Shown here piece after piece: positions 28,035-38,038 of a stretch of DNA of 64,000 nucleotides. A model generated the notes under the pieces. The model was not told the DNA's origin. It did not search any database and was given only the letters and a program-made list of their open reading frames with translations. The first letter of the stretch is position 1. Every line of letters starts with the position of its first letter. Where the stretch lies: contig WLIQ01000002.1 in the NCBI GenBank assembly GCA_009726135.1, forward strand, positions 2,239-66,238, given 5' to 3'. The translations under genes were made by a program, and so were the position numbers. This DNA is from Actinomycetota bacterium. Lineage in GTDB: Bacteria; Actinomycetota; Actinomycetes; Nanopelagicales; Nanopelagicaceae.

Positions 28035-29642
28035 ATGCAATCCTCACCGTGGTGGAAAGAAGCCACGATTTATCAGGTCTATCCGCGTTCATTTTTCGAT
28101 AGTAATGGCGATGGTGAGGGTGACCTACCGGGCATTACTGCCCGCCTTGATTACGTCCAACAGTTGGGCGTCGATGCGATCTGGTTGAGTCCCTTTTATA
28201 CATCACCAAATAAAGATGGCGGCTATGACGTAGCTGACCCTCGTGGTGTCGATCCCCGTTTTGGAAATTTGGAAGATGCAAAAGAACTAATCACAGCAGC
28301 TCACCAACGTAGTTTACGAGTCATTGCCGACATCGTTCCTAATCATTTTTCTGATCAACATCACTGGTTTCAGGCAGCATTAAAGGCCCCACGTGGTTCA
28401 AAAGAGCGTGCACGATTTCATTTCTATGATGCCAATAGTGATGGAACTCCTCCGAACAACTGGATCTCACTCTTTGGTGGTCCTTCATGGACCCAAGTAG
28501 AAGACGGTCAGTTTTATCTACATCTATTTGATAGTTCGCAGCCAGATTTGAATTGGGAAAATCCTGAAGTAAGCGAAGATTTTGAAAAAACCCTTCGCTT
28601 CTGGATTGATTTGGGAATCGATGGTTTTCGAATTGATGTAGCCCACGGACTAGTTAAAGAAGATATTCTAAAAAACCATCCAGATCCACAAGGGCTAAGC
28701 GATGCCCTGCGCCTGGATTTAGCAATGGATACCGAAAAACGAAATGCACTACTTTTAACTGTCCCTTACTTTGATCGTCAAGGTGTGCACGAAATCTACC
28801 GTGAATGGCGCAAAATTTTTGATTCCTATATTGGTCGCGACATTATGGCAGTTGCAGAAGCCTGGGTTCATCCTCCTGTGAACGCTACTCGTTATGTGAG
28901 AGCCGATGAACTCCATCAAGTTTTTAACTTTGATTTGTTGACCGCCGAATTTACGGCCAAGGTTCTTTATGATGTTATTGATCGTTCAATTGCATTAAAT
29001 GCAACCGTAAATGCGCTTCCAACATGGGCTTTGAGTAATCATGATTCGCCCCGCGTTGTATCTAGAATCGGGCAAGAGCAAGCGGGCGCACTTGCTCTAT
29101 TTGTTTTTGGTTTACCTGGATCAACATATGTATTTGCTGGTCAAGAACTTGGATTACCTGACGGTGAACTATCTGATTCTGACCGCCAAGACCCTTCATT
29201 TTTTAGAACTAAGGGGGTCATTAAGGGACGCGATGGAGCCCGTGTTCCTTTACCTTGGAGCGGTGATGCAACACCATTTGGTTTCACTACAGGCAAACCG
29301 TGGCTGCCAATTTCGCAATCCTGGAGCCAATTCACAGTTAAAAGCGAACTTAAAAATCCAAAGAGTTCTTTGCATTTGTATCAAAACGCCCTCAAGCTTC
29401 GCAAGGAGTTTATGAACGGATCGGGTGAGATTACGTGGGTTGAATCTCCCGAGCATGCAAGCAAAGGCCAAGCACTATTGGCTTATCACCGTGGATCTGT
29501 CACAGTCTTCATGAATCTGACTGACATTACTCAAGAATGTAAAGTTGATGGGAAACTACTTATTGTTAGCAGTGGGACCGTCGATGCCCATAACGAAATG
29601 AAGGTAATTCCAGCACGTTCTTGTGCATGGTTCATCGCATAA
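28035..29642 (+). CDS. GH13 alpha-glucosidase
   Basis: IYQVYPRSF, DIVPNH, DGFRIDVAH, AEAW, SNHD, GRDGARVP. Confidence 0.93.
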   Translation: MQSSPWWKEATIYQVYPRSFFDSNGDGEGDLPGITARLDYVQQLGVDAIWLSPFYTSPNKDGGYDVADPRGVDPRFGNLEDAKELITAAHQRSLRVIADIVPNHFSDQHHWFQAALKAPRGSKERARFHFYDANSDGTPPNNWISLFGGPSWTQVEDGQFYLHLFDSSQPDLNWENPEVSEDFEKTLRFWIDLGIDGFRIDVAHGLVKEDILKNHPDPQGLSDALRLDLAMDTEKRNALLLTVPYFDRQGVHEIYREWRKIFDSYIGRDIMAVAEAWVHPPVNATRYVRADELHQVFNFDLLTAEFTAKVLYDVIDRSIALNATVNALPTWALSNHDSPRVVSRIGQEQAGALALFVFGLPGSTYVFAGQELGLPDGELSDSDRQDPSFFRTKGVIKGRDGARVPLPWSGDATPFGFTTGKPWLPISQSWSQFTVKSELKNPKSSLHLYQNALKLRKEFMNGSGEITWVESPEHASKGQALLAYHRGSVTVFMNLTDITQECKVDGKLLIVSSGTVDAHNEMKVIPARSCAWFIA

Positions 29643-29658
29643 CTGACAGAATGCGGCC

Positions 29659-30564
29659 ATGGAATCTACCTCGACCTGGATCATTACAATTGCAGTTCTT
29701 GCAGGCATCATTTTATTTGATCTTGGAATCGCAGTTATTCGCCGCAATAAAGCAACCTCTATGTTTGAAGCTTCGTTTTGGACTGTGTTTTACATTGGAA
29801 CTGCCATTGCATTTGGAGCGCTCTTACCCCATTGGGCTAGTGAACAAGGACAAAAAGAGTTCTTTGCGGGATGGCTTACAGAATACGCACTATCGGTCGA
29901 TAATATTTTCGTTTTTATAATTATTTTAGCCAGCTTAAAAGTACAAAAAGAGATGCAACAGCTAGTACTTCTTCTTGGAATCATGCTCACCATTGCCATT
30001 CGGGGACTTCTTATTCCGCTGGGAGCCGCACTTATTTCACGCTTTGCAAGTATCTTTTTTCTTTTTGGAATCTTCCTTATTTATACCGCTTGGCAGTTAG
30101 CTAGGGAAAACGAGGACGATGAGTGGAAAGAAGGCAAAGTTGTTGCCGTGCTCAAAAAACGCGGATTGAGTACCTTTGCCATAGCCCTTGTTGCCTTGGG
30201 TTTAACTAACTTAGTCTTTTCTCTTGATTCAATCCCAGCTATTTTTGGATTGACCAAGGATCCTTACATTGTTACAACAGCAAATGTCTTTGCCTTAATG
30301 GGTTTACGTCAACTTTATTTTCTGCTTGAAGGACTTCTGGCTCGCCTGGTTTATCTCTCTAAAGGTCTTTCATTTATCTTGGGATTCATTGGCGTAAAAA
30401 TGATTATGGAAGCTTTTCATGGCATTGGTATCGATGAAATATTAGGAGTGCACATTCCAGAAGTTAGCCTAGAAGTAAGTCTAGGTGTAATTGTTGCGAG
30501 CTTGATTACCACCACAGTGGCAAGCCTTACCGCCACCCGTAAAGATGGTAGTGAAATTATTTAA
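29659..30564 (+). CDS. TerC/Alx family membrane protein
   Basis: EYALSVDNIFVF, FSLDSIPA, FALMGLRQLYF. Confidence 0.92.
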   Translation: MESTSTWIITIAVLAGIILFDLGIAVIRRNKATSMFEASFWTVFYIGTAIAFGALLPHWASEQGQKEFFAGWLTEYALSVDNIFVFIIILASLKVQKEMQQLVLLLGIMLTIAIRGLLIPLGAALISRFASIFFLFGIFLIYTAWQLARENEDDEWKEGKVVAVLKKRGLSTFAIALVALGLTNLVFSLDSIPAIFGLTKDPYIVTTANVFALMGLRQLYFLLEGLLARLVYLSKGLSFILGFIGVKMIMEAFHGIGIDEILGVHIPEVSLEVSLGVIVASLITTTVASLTATRKDGSEII

Positions 30565-30899
30565 GTAGTTTTCTTTTTTCGCAGTGTTTCACGGCTGTAA
30601 TCTTTGCTTTTTTCATGAATTTTTCGAATCTGAATTTCAAAGGATTTCATTGCTACATCAAATGCTGCAACATCATTAAATTCAAAAGCTTCCGCGCGAA
30701 TTAAAGGCCCAGAGCCATGAGATGTCAAAATCACCCGATGTGAATGTTTCCCTAGTTTTGGATTAGCTTCATGAATTACTTCAACTTCTACTCGATCTAT
30801 ATCAACGCCGAAGCGCTCCATAGTAATAAGTTTGTCGTTCGCGATATCTTTAAAGTCTGCGGCTAGTTCGCAATTACGAGTATGAATTAGAATCTTCAT
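30561..30899 (-). CDS. hpf: Ribosome hibernation factor HPF/RaiA, short form
   Basis: MKILIHTRN..RVEVEVIHEANP..GPLIRAEA..AAFD. Confidence 0.8.
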   Translation of the reverse strand: MKILIHTRNCELAADFKDIANDKLITMERFGVDIDRVEVEVIHEANPKLGKHSHRVILTSHGSGPLIRAEAFEFNDVAAFDVAMKSFEIQIRKIHEKSKDYSRETLRKKKTT

Positions 30900-30901
30900 A
30901 C

Positions 30902-31285
30902 TTAGAAGGGTAGCGCTATAACCACCGCAGTCGCTATGAAAGCCAAAATAAAAGATTTTCCTAGAATTTTAAGCGCGGTTGCTCGATCTGCTGCTTTGTC
31001 AGACGCATCACTTACGCGGGACAAATCGCCCAGTTTGCCGAAATTAAAAGTTCCAGCAAAACCATATGCAAGGCAGAATTTACTGCGTGATTGAACGTAA
31101 CCAACAGCTGCAACCATCAGAGGAATAAAAATTCCAAACCGTGCACCCTTTGGGGCATTTGTTAAGATCATTGTTATTAGCCAGAGAACTGAAAGAAATA
31201 ATCCAACGCCTGCCACAAACTGCCTACGACGAATTTCCTTTTGCCCGATGTTACAGGTCCCTGCGATGTAGGTTGAATCAGACAT
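30902..31285 (-). CDS. Conserved membrane protein
   Basis: YIAGTCNIG..E..RR, FCLAYG motifs; start overlaps the upstream stop. Confidence 0.75.
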   Translation of the reverse strand: MSDSTYIAGTCNIGQKEIRRRQFVAGVGLFLSVLWLITMILTNAPKGARFGIFIPLMVAAVGYVQSRSKFCLAYGFAGTFNFGKLGDLSRVSDASDKAADRATALKILGKSFILAFIATAVVIALPF

Positions 31286-31427
31286 CTTCGAATTCATCTT
31301 CATCTATCCATGTCTCGGCAGTTGAATCTTCTTGATGTTCGATCCAAGACAGGAATGAGCCCACAGCCCGAAAAGCTAAAACCGCAACAGTAACTGCAGC
31401 AATTATCCGGCGAAAGGCTTTTACCAT
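31278..31427 (-). CDS. 49-aa membrane-anchored peptide with acidic tail (not in ORF track)
   Basis: MVKAFRRIIAAVTVAVLAFRAVGSFLSWIEHQEDSTAETWIDEDEFEDV*; overlaps the next start (ATGTCTGA). Confidence 0.6.
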   Translation of the reverse strand: MVKAFRRIIAAVTVAVLAFRAVGSFLSWIEHQEDSTAETWIDEDEFEDV

Positions 31428-31461
31428 GAGATAAAAATACTCTCTATTGCCGATTCCTGCT

Positions 31462-32517
31462 TTAGATAGAAGCTAATGCCTTACTGATGTCGTCCCAAAT
31501 ATCGTCAACATGCTCGCAGCCAACCGATAAACGAATCAACTGCTCTGGAACAGTGGGGCTTTCAATTGGCCAACGTCGTCTGCGCTCCCATAGTGATTCA
31601 ACCCCACCCAAGCTGGTTGCATGTGCAATCAATGTTGAAGAGTCACATACATGTTGCGTTTGTTCTGGTGTTCCATCGACTTCAAAGGAAACGATGGCTC
31701 CAAAGCCTGGATAGCGAACCCGCGTAATGCTGGGGTGGGCTTGTAACCTGACAACTAGCTCTTTGGCATTCTCTTGCGCCTTATTAAATCGCAAAGGAAA
31801 TGTTCGCAAACCACGAAGTGCTAGCCAAGCCTCAAATGGGCCTGGAATGGAGCCGTTGAAGCTTCGAGAATCCTGCAAGCGCTTTAATAAAGCTGGGTCA
31901 TTAGTGGAAAGTGATCCCATAAGAATGTCACTGTGACCAGATAGGAACTTAGTGACTGAGTGCATCACAATATCTGCGCCCATTGCAAGCGGATTTTGAA
32001 CTAGCGGAGTCGCAAAAGTATTATCAACAGCTACTCCAATACTTAATTTCTTAGCAGCCGAAATAAGTGCAGGCAGGTCAGCAACATCTAGACAGGGATT
32101 AGTTGGTGATTCAAGCCAGACTAATGCTGCCCCCTTCATCGCATCAATTACTTCTTGAGTATTTACTACATCCACAAATCTAACTTCTAATCGACCGCTA
32201 GCATGAAAAGAATTAAGTAAACTCATCACACCGCTATAGCCTTGATTTGATGCAACTATTGGTGCACCAATAGGTAGAATTGAAAAAACCGCACTGATGG
32301 CTGCCATGCCTGATGAGAAGGCAAGAGTTTGTCCACCTTCGAGCTCGCTAATTGCTTCTTCTAGCGCAGTCCATGTTTGGTTTCCGTAGCGCCCATAACC
32401 AATTGGCCCACCCGAATGAAATGTCGAAGTTAAATCAATAGGTGGGTTAAGTGGTGCATCGGGTTCAACCGGTGGGCGGCCAGCGGTGATAGCTCTTGTT
32501 TCAAACTTTTTGCTCAT
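31462..32517 (-). CDS. Cys/Met metabolism PLP enzyme (cystathionine gamma-synthase/lyase family)
   Basis: YGRYGN, FSSGMAA, ESPTNP, DNTFATP, HSVTKFLSGHSD, SLGGVES. Confidence 0.9.
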   Translation of the reverse strand: MSKKFETRAITAGRPPVEPDAPLNPPIDLTSTFHSGGPIGYGRYGNQTWTALEEAISELEGGQTLAFSSGMAAISAVFSILPIGAPIVASNQGYSGVMSLLNSFHASGRLEVRFVDVVNTQEVIDAMKGAALVWLESPTNPCLDVADLPALISAAKKLSIGVAVDNTFATPLVQNPLAMGADIVMHSVTKFLSGHSDILMGSLSTNDPALLKRLQDSRSFNGSIPGPFEAWLALRGLRTFPLRFNKAQENAKELVVRLQAHPSITRVRYPGFGAIVSFEVDGTPEQTQHVCDSSTLIAHATSLGGVESLWERRRRWPIESPTVPEQLIRLSVGCEHVDDIWDDISKALASI

Positions 32518-32526
32518 GCGCGCATC

Positions 32527-34041
32527 CTATGCCGAAGCTTCAAGCACTGCCATCGCAGCGTTGTGACCAGGAATACCGCTTACGCCACCACCGCGAATTG
32601 CACCTGCACCGCAGATAAAGATTCGGGGATCATCGGTTTCCACTCCCCAACGTATTTCTTGGTTATCTTCGCGAAAAGGAAAACTCAAATCTTTATGGAA
32701 GATATTTCCGCGAGGTAGGCCAACTTCGCCCTCAATATCCAGAGGTGATTTAACTTCAATAGCAGCAATTACGTTTTCAATTGGTTCAACGAGATATTGA
32801 TTGAGTGAAGCCAAAGCAGCTTTAAGTGCAGCAGCTTTGGTTCTTTCGTTGTCGGCATCAAAAAGTGCTGCTGGGGTATGTAATCCAAAGATCGTGAGGG
32901 TTTGATATCCCTGCGCCTGAAGTTCGGAGCTAAGAATGGATGGATCAGTTAACGTATGACAGTACATTTCTATCGGAAGCTTCTCTGGCACATTGCCAGC
33001 CTGAGCATCTATATAACTTGATTCACACTCTGCAAAAGATTCATGGGCATGAAATGTTCCTGCAAAAGCTAATTGTGGATCTATTCCAGATTTCAAATTA
33101 GGCAAGGATTTCAATAAAATATTTATCTTCATCTGCGAGCCTTCAAGTGATTTGGGTGGAATAGTTCCGCGCAGTTTGGCTAGAACTTGTGGAGCAGCGT
33201 TGCTCAACACATAGCTAGAAGTTATCTCAGCACCATTTTCAAGAGCAAGCGTTGCCTGGCTCGAGGAAGTTTTAACTGAATTAACCCGCGAATTTACTTT
33301 GATATCGACTCCCGCTGCTGTTGCAACGCGTACAAGCTCTTTGACCAGTGCCCCCATTCCACCGCGAGGAACTTTCCACTCGCCAGTTCCATTTCCAATC
33401 AAGTGGTAAAGGAAACAGATATTTGCTTGTAACTGGAAAGCTGAAGCGAAAGTTCCAATGAGTGCATCAGTCAAAATAACACCACGGACTACATCATCCT
33501 TAAAGCGTGCTTCGATTTCCTTACCGATGGGACGCTCCATTAAGTAATCCCAAACCTTTGGCATATTTATCTCTGCCTTTAACTGACTCCGTGATTTCAA
33601 TGGTTGAAGCATTGATGGAGCAATTTTGATCGCAAACTCAGCAATTTCATTATAGAAATCCTGCCACGCTGCCCACTCATTACCCAAAGGATCTAATTCG
33701 CTAAAAGAATCTTCTGTTTCTTTATCCCACTTACGCGCTACGTACAGACCGCAATCTTTACCGTTGCGAGAATAAGGCGTATAACTAGAAACATTTCGTG
33801 AAATGCGTTCAAAATTTAAGCCCAGATCACTCACGATTTGATCTGGTAAAAGTGAAATCAGATAGGAATAGCGAGAGAGCATGGCGTCGTATTCGGGAAA
33901 TGCCCTCACACTCGCTGTTGCTCCACCTACCTCTGCATTGGCTTCAAGGATGACTACCGATTTGCCAGCTTTAGCCAGATAAGTTGCTGCAACAAGGCCG
34001 TTATGGCCTCCTCCAATAATTGCAACGTCGTAATGAGTCAC
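32527..34041 (-). CDS. Phytoene desaturase-like FAD oxidoreductase
   Basis: IIGGGHNGLVAA; GGGVSGIPGHNAA. Confidence 0.85.
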   Translation of the reverse strand: MTHYDVAIIGGGHNGLVAATYLAKAGKSVVILEANAEVGGATASVRAFPEYDAMLSRYSYLISLLPDQIVSDLGLNFERISRNVSSYTPYSRNGKDCGLYVARKWDKETEDSFSELDPLGNEWAAWQDFYNEIAEFAIKIAPSMLQPLKSRSQLKAEINMPKVWDYLMERPIGKEIEARFKDDVVRGVILTDALIGTFASAFQLQANICFLYHLIGNGTGEWKVPRGGMGALVKELVRVATAAGVDIKVNSRVNSVKTSSSQATLALENGAEITSSYVLSNAAPQVLAKLRGTIPPKSLEGSQMKINILLKSLPNLKSGIDPQLAFAGTFHAHESFAECESSYIDAQAGNVPEKLPIEMYCHTLTDPSILSSELQAQGYQTLTIFGLHTPAALFDADNERTKAAALKAALASLNQYLVEPIENVIAAIEVKSPLDIEGEVGLPRGNIFHKDLSFPFREDNQEIRWGVETDDPRIFICGAGAIRGGGVSGIPGHNAAMAVLEASA

Positions 34042-35210
34042 TACAAAGATTTCACAATTCGATCTATTGCCTCAGTCAGAATTGTTGGACTTGTTGCAAA
34101 ATTTAACCGAACAAACTGCGAACTTTGGACTCCATATAGATGGCCTGCATTGAATGCTACTTTGCCTCGCTCGAGCAAAGTTTGTGCAGGGTTTTCTCCT
34201 AAATTTAAAGCTGTTAAATCCAACCACATGACATAACTAGATTGCGGAAGGTGTGTTTTAACTGACGGTAATTTAGCGCTCAGTAAATCACGCACCATCA
34301 AAGAATTTTCTTCCAACGTTGAAATTACAGAATCGAGCCAGAGTTCGCCATCTTTAAATGCTGCTGCAGATGCAAATGCGCCAAGAATAGAAGATCGAAA
34401 TTTTACAGCTGGTGGCATTAATTTTAGAACTTCGTCAATAGCTTCGTTCTGTGACACGATTAAAGCTGATTTAAGCCCGGCAATATTCCAGCCCTTAGAG
34501 GCAGAAGTTACTGCAATACCAACTTCTCGCGCGGTTTCACTTACAGTCAAGAACGGAACAAATACATGTGATTTAAAGGTTAAAGGTGAATGAATCTCAT
34601 CGCTGATTACTATGACGCCATATTTCTTGGCCATATCTGCAATTCGAACCAGCTCTGCACGTGAATATATTCGACCCAATGGATTATGTGGAGAGCACAA
34701 GAGGTGCACTTTGATGCCAGATGCATACACCTTTTCAACTTCGTCGAAATCTAATGTCCAGGGATTGACAGCATCGCTTTGTGACCCAGAGTTCACAAAG
34801 GGAATATCAACTTTTTCTAACTTAACTTCATTGATCCAGTTATAGAAGTTTTGATAAACCGGCGAATTGATAAGTATGCGATCACCTGGCTGTGTAAACA
34901 CTCGCAAAACCTCAACGCATCCAACTCCAACATCAGCTGCAATTCTTACTTGTGACTTATCTATTTCCCAGCCCCAGCGCTTGGAACAAAATGAAGCAAA
35001 GCCATCAGCCAGCTCAGGGACCGGCCCTAAATATCCAAGGTCTGAATGATTGACCATCTCAATTAACACGTCCCGAATAGGCTGCGCGATTGGAAAGTCC
35101 ATCTCCATTACTGGCAGTGGCAAAACATCGGCGGCAAATCCCCGCCATTTTTCAGAGCTATGGGTTAGGAGTTCACTCAGTGATGGCGCAACAACATTGT
35201 GATCAGGCAT
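34041..35210 (-). CDS. MalY/PatB family cystathionine beta-lyase
   Basis: SEKW, LPVMEMDF, LCSPHNPLG, SDEIH, SASKGWNIAGL. Confidence 0.9.
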   Translation of the reverse strand: MPDHNVVAPSLSELLTHSSEKWRGFAADVLPLPVMEMDFPIAQPIRDVLIEMVNHSDLGYLGPVPELADGFASFCSKRWGWEIDKSQVRIAADVGVGCVEVLRVFTQPGDRILINSPVYQNFYNWINEVKLEKVDIPFVNSGSQSDAVNPWTLDFDEVEKVYASGIKVHLLCSPHNPLGRIYSRAELVRIADMAKKYGVIVISDEIHSPLTFKSHVFVPFLTVSETAREVGIAVTSASKGWNIAGLKSALIVSQNEAIDEVLKLMPPAVKFRSSILGAFASAAAFKDGELWLDSVISTLEENSLMVRDLLSAKLPSVKTHLPQSSYVMWLDLTALNLGENPAQTLLERGKVAFNAGHLYGVQSSQFVRLNFATSPTILTEAIDRIVKSL

Positions 35211-35257
35211 AGCGGCAAGGTTACCCTGCGATGTGTGATTATTGAAAGAGGCTAAAA

Positions 35258-36271
35258 CTACGCTTCCTCAGGTGTGATGCGCCGTGTTGAATTTCTTACA
35301 ACCAAAGTAGTTGGAAGAATTAGTGATGGCGGCTCAATGTTTGGTTTTCGCAATCTCTCCATAATTGACCACGCAGCCATCTCACCCATTAACTGAACTG
35401 GTTGTTCGATTGTTGTTAATTCTGAAAACTCTGCCATCTCATGGCCATCAAAACCAACTATCGAAATATCATCAGGTGCCTTTAGGCCGTGGCGGCGAAG
35501 AGCTTGCATCGCGCCCATTGCCATTTCATCAGATTCACAAAAGATTGCAGTTGGGCGATTGGGTCTGGCCAATAAATCATCCATTGCCCTAGCTGCCGTA
35601 TGCATGGTGAAATCCCCGTGAACTTCACGTTGTGGCAACCACTCCAAACTATTTTCGGCTAAAACCTGCATAAAACCTTTGCGGCGATCCTGCGGAACGC
35701 TAAAGTTAAAGGGATCATCTGGACGACCAGACATTAACCCAATTTTCTTATGTCCCTGATTTACTAAATGTTGTGTAGCAGAACGAGCTCCAGCAATATC
35801 ATCAATTTTTACAGAGGCGCACTTTGGATGATCCATTCCAACGAGGGCGATGGGAATTCCAAGACTGAGCATTGAATCAAACTCTTCAACTGTTGGCGGC
35901 AAACTAATAACAATCAAAGCATCAACGCGGCCCTTTAGGAGCTGATGCTGAAATAACCGCTCACGCCCCTTCATTTGGCTGAAGTTATAGAGCAATAAAT
36001 CTAAGCCGGCTTCACGAAGTGCTTGTTCGGCGCCGCTAATAACTTGAGAGAAATACCAACGAGAAATGTATGGAGCAACAACACCCACGCTGTTTGTACG
36101 ACCGGGGGTGCCGTTGTTTTTGACTGGGGTAAGTGGGTAATTTAATTTCTGCGCGGCAGCAATAATCTTTGATCGAGTTGCATCATTGACATGGTGAAGT
36201 CCACGAAGTGCGCGCGAAACCGTCGCACTTGAAACTCCAGCCTCTTCGGCAACTTCCTTAATTCCTGCCAT
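35258..36271 (-). CDS. LacI-family regulator (MalR-like)
   Basis: IKEVAEEAGVSSATVSRAL; DISIVGFD. Confidence 0.93.
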   Translation of the reverse strand: MAGIKEVAEEAGVSSATVSRALRGLHHVNDATRSKIIAAAQKLNYPLTPVKNNGTPGRTNSVGVVAPYISRWYFSQVISGAEQALREAGLDLLLYNFSQMKGRERLFQHQLLKGRVDALIVISLPPTVEEFDSMLSLGIPIALVGMDHPKCASVKIDDIAGARSATQHLVNQGHKKIGLMSGRPDDPFNFSVPQDRRKGFMQVLAENSLEWLPQREVHGDFTMHTAARAMDDLLARPNRPTAIFCESDEMAMGAMQALRRHGLKAPDDISIVGFDGHEMAEFSELTTIEQPVQLMGEMAAWSIMERLRKPNIEPPSLILPTTLVVRNSTRRITPEEA

Positions 36272-36285
36272 TTATCCTCCGAGCA

Positions 36286-36344
36286 CTGCAAAAACCTGCA
36301 AATAGCTCTGCAAGTTACTGCAAAATAGGGCATAGGTACTGCAA
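36286..36344. promoter_or_regulatory. Phased CTGCAA repeats, candidate operator array
   Basis: CTGCAA at 36286, 36296, 36308, 36318 and 36339. Confidence 0.6.
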
Positions 36345-36385
36345 TTAGCAATAGCTAGGGAGAGAAAAGGGGTAAGTTGAACACT

Positions 36386-36979
36386 ATGAGTAATCAAATT
36401 GAAACCCAGGTCGATGTAACCCTCACCGAACGAAATCGTGTTACCGCGTTATTTCGTCTAATTCTTGTCGTTCCCATGGCCATCTTTGTAGCCGCTTTTG
36501 CGCCTCAACAATTTGAAACCACTAACACTGGTTGGGCTGCAGGATTTTTTGTCCTACCAGTTGCTCTATCAATCGTTTTTCGCCAGGCATATCCATCATA
36601 TTTATTGGCATTTAATGAAGCCTTCCTTTCGCTATCAACTCGAGTCGATGCTTATGTGCTTTTACTTACCGATGAATATCCCTCACTTGAGGAAAATGAT
36701 GTTGTGAGTGTTACTTTTCCAGATGTAGATCCAAAGGCTCTGAATCGTTATTTACCTCTATTTAAGTGGTTCTTAGCAATTCCCTTATACATAGTTGGGC
36801 TTGTTTATGGTATTTACGCATTTTTCTTAACACTTTTTGCTTGGCTAAGCGTTGTTCTTACAGGTAATTATCCCGAATGGTGTGCAGAGGGCGTTGTGGG
36901 AACAATTGCTTATTGGAACCGCGTTGTTGGTTATGCCCTTCTCATGGTCACCGATGAATATCCAACTTTCTCACTCTAA
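36386..36979 (+). CDS. DUF4389 domain membrane protein
   Basis: Two repeats ending LLTDEYPSL / MVTDEYPTFSL. Confidence 0.85.
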   Translation: MSNQIETQVDVTLTERNRVTALFRLILVVPMAIFVAAFAPQQFETTNTGWAAGFFVLPVALSIVFRQAYPSYLLAFNEAFLSLSTRVDAYVLLLTDEYPSLEENDVVSVTFPDVDPKALNRYLPLFKWFLAIPLYIVGLVYGIYAFFLTLFAWLSVVLTGNYPEWCAEGVVGTIAYWNRVVGYALLMVTDEYPTFSL

Positions 36980-36983
36980 TTAA

Positions 36984-37628
36984 ATGGCGGTCCACTCTGC
37001 GCAAAAGATGCGGCGCATCGTCGCAGAAGTTGGCCAGATGGATCGCAAATTTGCACCACTTATTGAACGTCGCCCTCTTTGCACAATTGGTCGCAGCGAG
37101 CCAACAGAATCCCATTTTGAATCATTAGTAAGTTCGGTAATTTCTCAGCAGCTGGCAACAAAAGCTGCCGAGACGATTCATGGCAGGCTCCTTGAATTAT
37201 GCAAGGGAACTATTCACGCCAAGAAATTAATTAAGCTCGATGATCTCGCACTGCGTGAAATCGGTGTATCTGGGGCGAAAGCCCGGACTCTTAAAGGCTT
37301 ATCTATGGCAGTAGTCGATAAAACAATTCCGATTGATTCTATTGATGAAATTCATGATGACCAAGAGATCTATGACAAATTAACTTCGCTGTGGGGCATA
37401 GGTAGATGGACCGTTGAAATGTTTATGATGTTTCAATTAGGACGACTTGATGTGTGGCCCACTGGAGATTTAGCGGTTCGTCGAGGTTGGGATATTGTCC
37501 ATAAAAACAAGGAAGAAACTTTGGCAAAAGCCTTAGATGCCAAAGGTGAAAAATTACATCCCTATCGAAGTGTTGTTGCTTGGTACTGCTATCAAGCTGT
37601 TCATGAAAGCCGTGGGTTAGATTATTAA
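36984..37628 (+). CDS. DNA-3-methyladenine glycosylase II (AlkA family)
   Basis: ISQQLA, LWGIGRWT HhH motif, PTGDLAV, PYRS. Confidence 0.9.
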   Translation: MAVHSAQKMRRIVAEVGQMDRKFAPLIERRPLCTIGRSEPTESHFESLVSSVISQQLATKAAETIHGRLLELCKGTIHAKKLIKLDDLALREIGVSGAKARTLKGLSMAVVDKTIPIDSIDEIHDDQEIYDKLTSLWGIGRWTVEMFMMFQLGRLDVWPTGDLAVRRGWDIVHKNKEETLAKALDAKGEKLHPYRSVVAWYCYQAVHESRGLDY

Positions 37629-38038
37629 TTATTCTCAAGGATGAGCGAAACTGAGTTAATGCACCAACGCTCATCTGTTGGAACATCATAACCTTCGCCT
37701 TTAAATATGTGTCCTAGGTGAGAACCACACGCTGCGCATCGAACTTCGGTACGTACACGAGGAAATAAAGATCGATCCTCAATTAATTCAACAGCATCAT
37801 CAGCCGTCGGTGCATAAAAAGATGGCCATCCACATCCAGAATGAAACTTAGTCTCACTTCTAAAAAGTTCTGCACTACACGCTTTACATTTGTAAACACC
37901 AATTTTGTCTGTATCAGTGTATTGACCGGTAAAAGGTCTTTCAGTTGCCGCATTGCGCAACACTTCATAAGAAAGTGGATCTAACTTGGCTTTGAGTGCA
38001 GCTTCATCAATTACGACTGGGTACTCTTTCTCACTCAT
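37625..38038 (-). CDS. msrB: Peptide-methionine (R)-S-oxide reductase
   Basis: TERPFTG, SGCGWPSF, SHLGHIF, RWCINS. Confidence 0.95.
   Translation of the reverse strand: MSEKEYPVVIDEAALKAKLDPLSYEVLRNAATERPFTGQYTDTDKIGVYKCKACSAELFRSETKFHSGCGWPSFYAPTADDAVELIEDRSLFPRVRTEVRCAACGSHLGHIFKGEGYDVPTDERWCINSVSLILENN

Noticed and set aside
29643-29658. yybP-ykoY riboswitch before terC
   Set aside because: Only 16 bp separate terC from the GH13 gene
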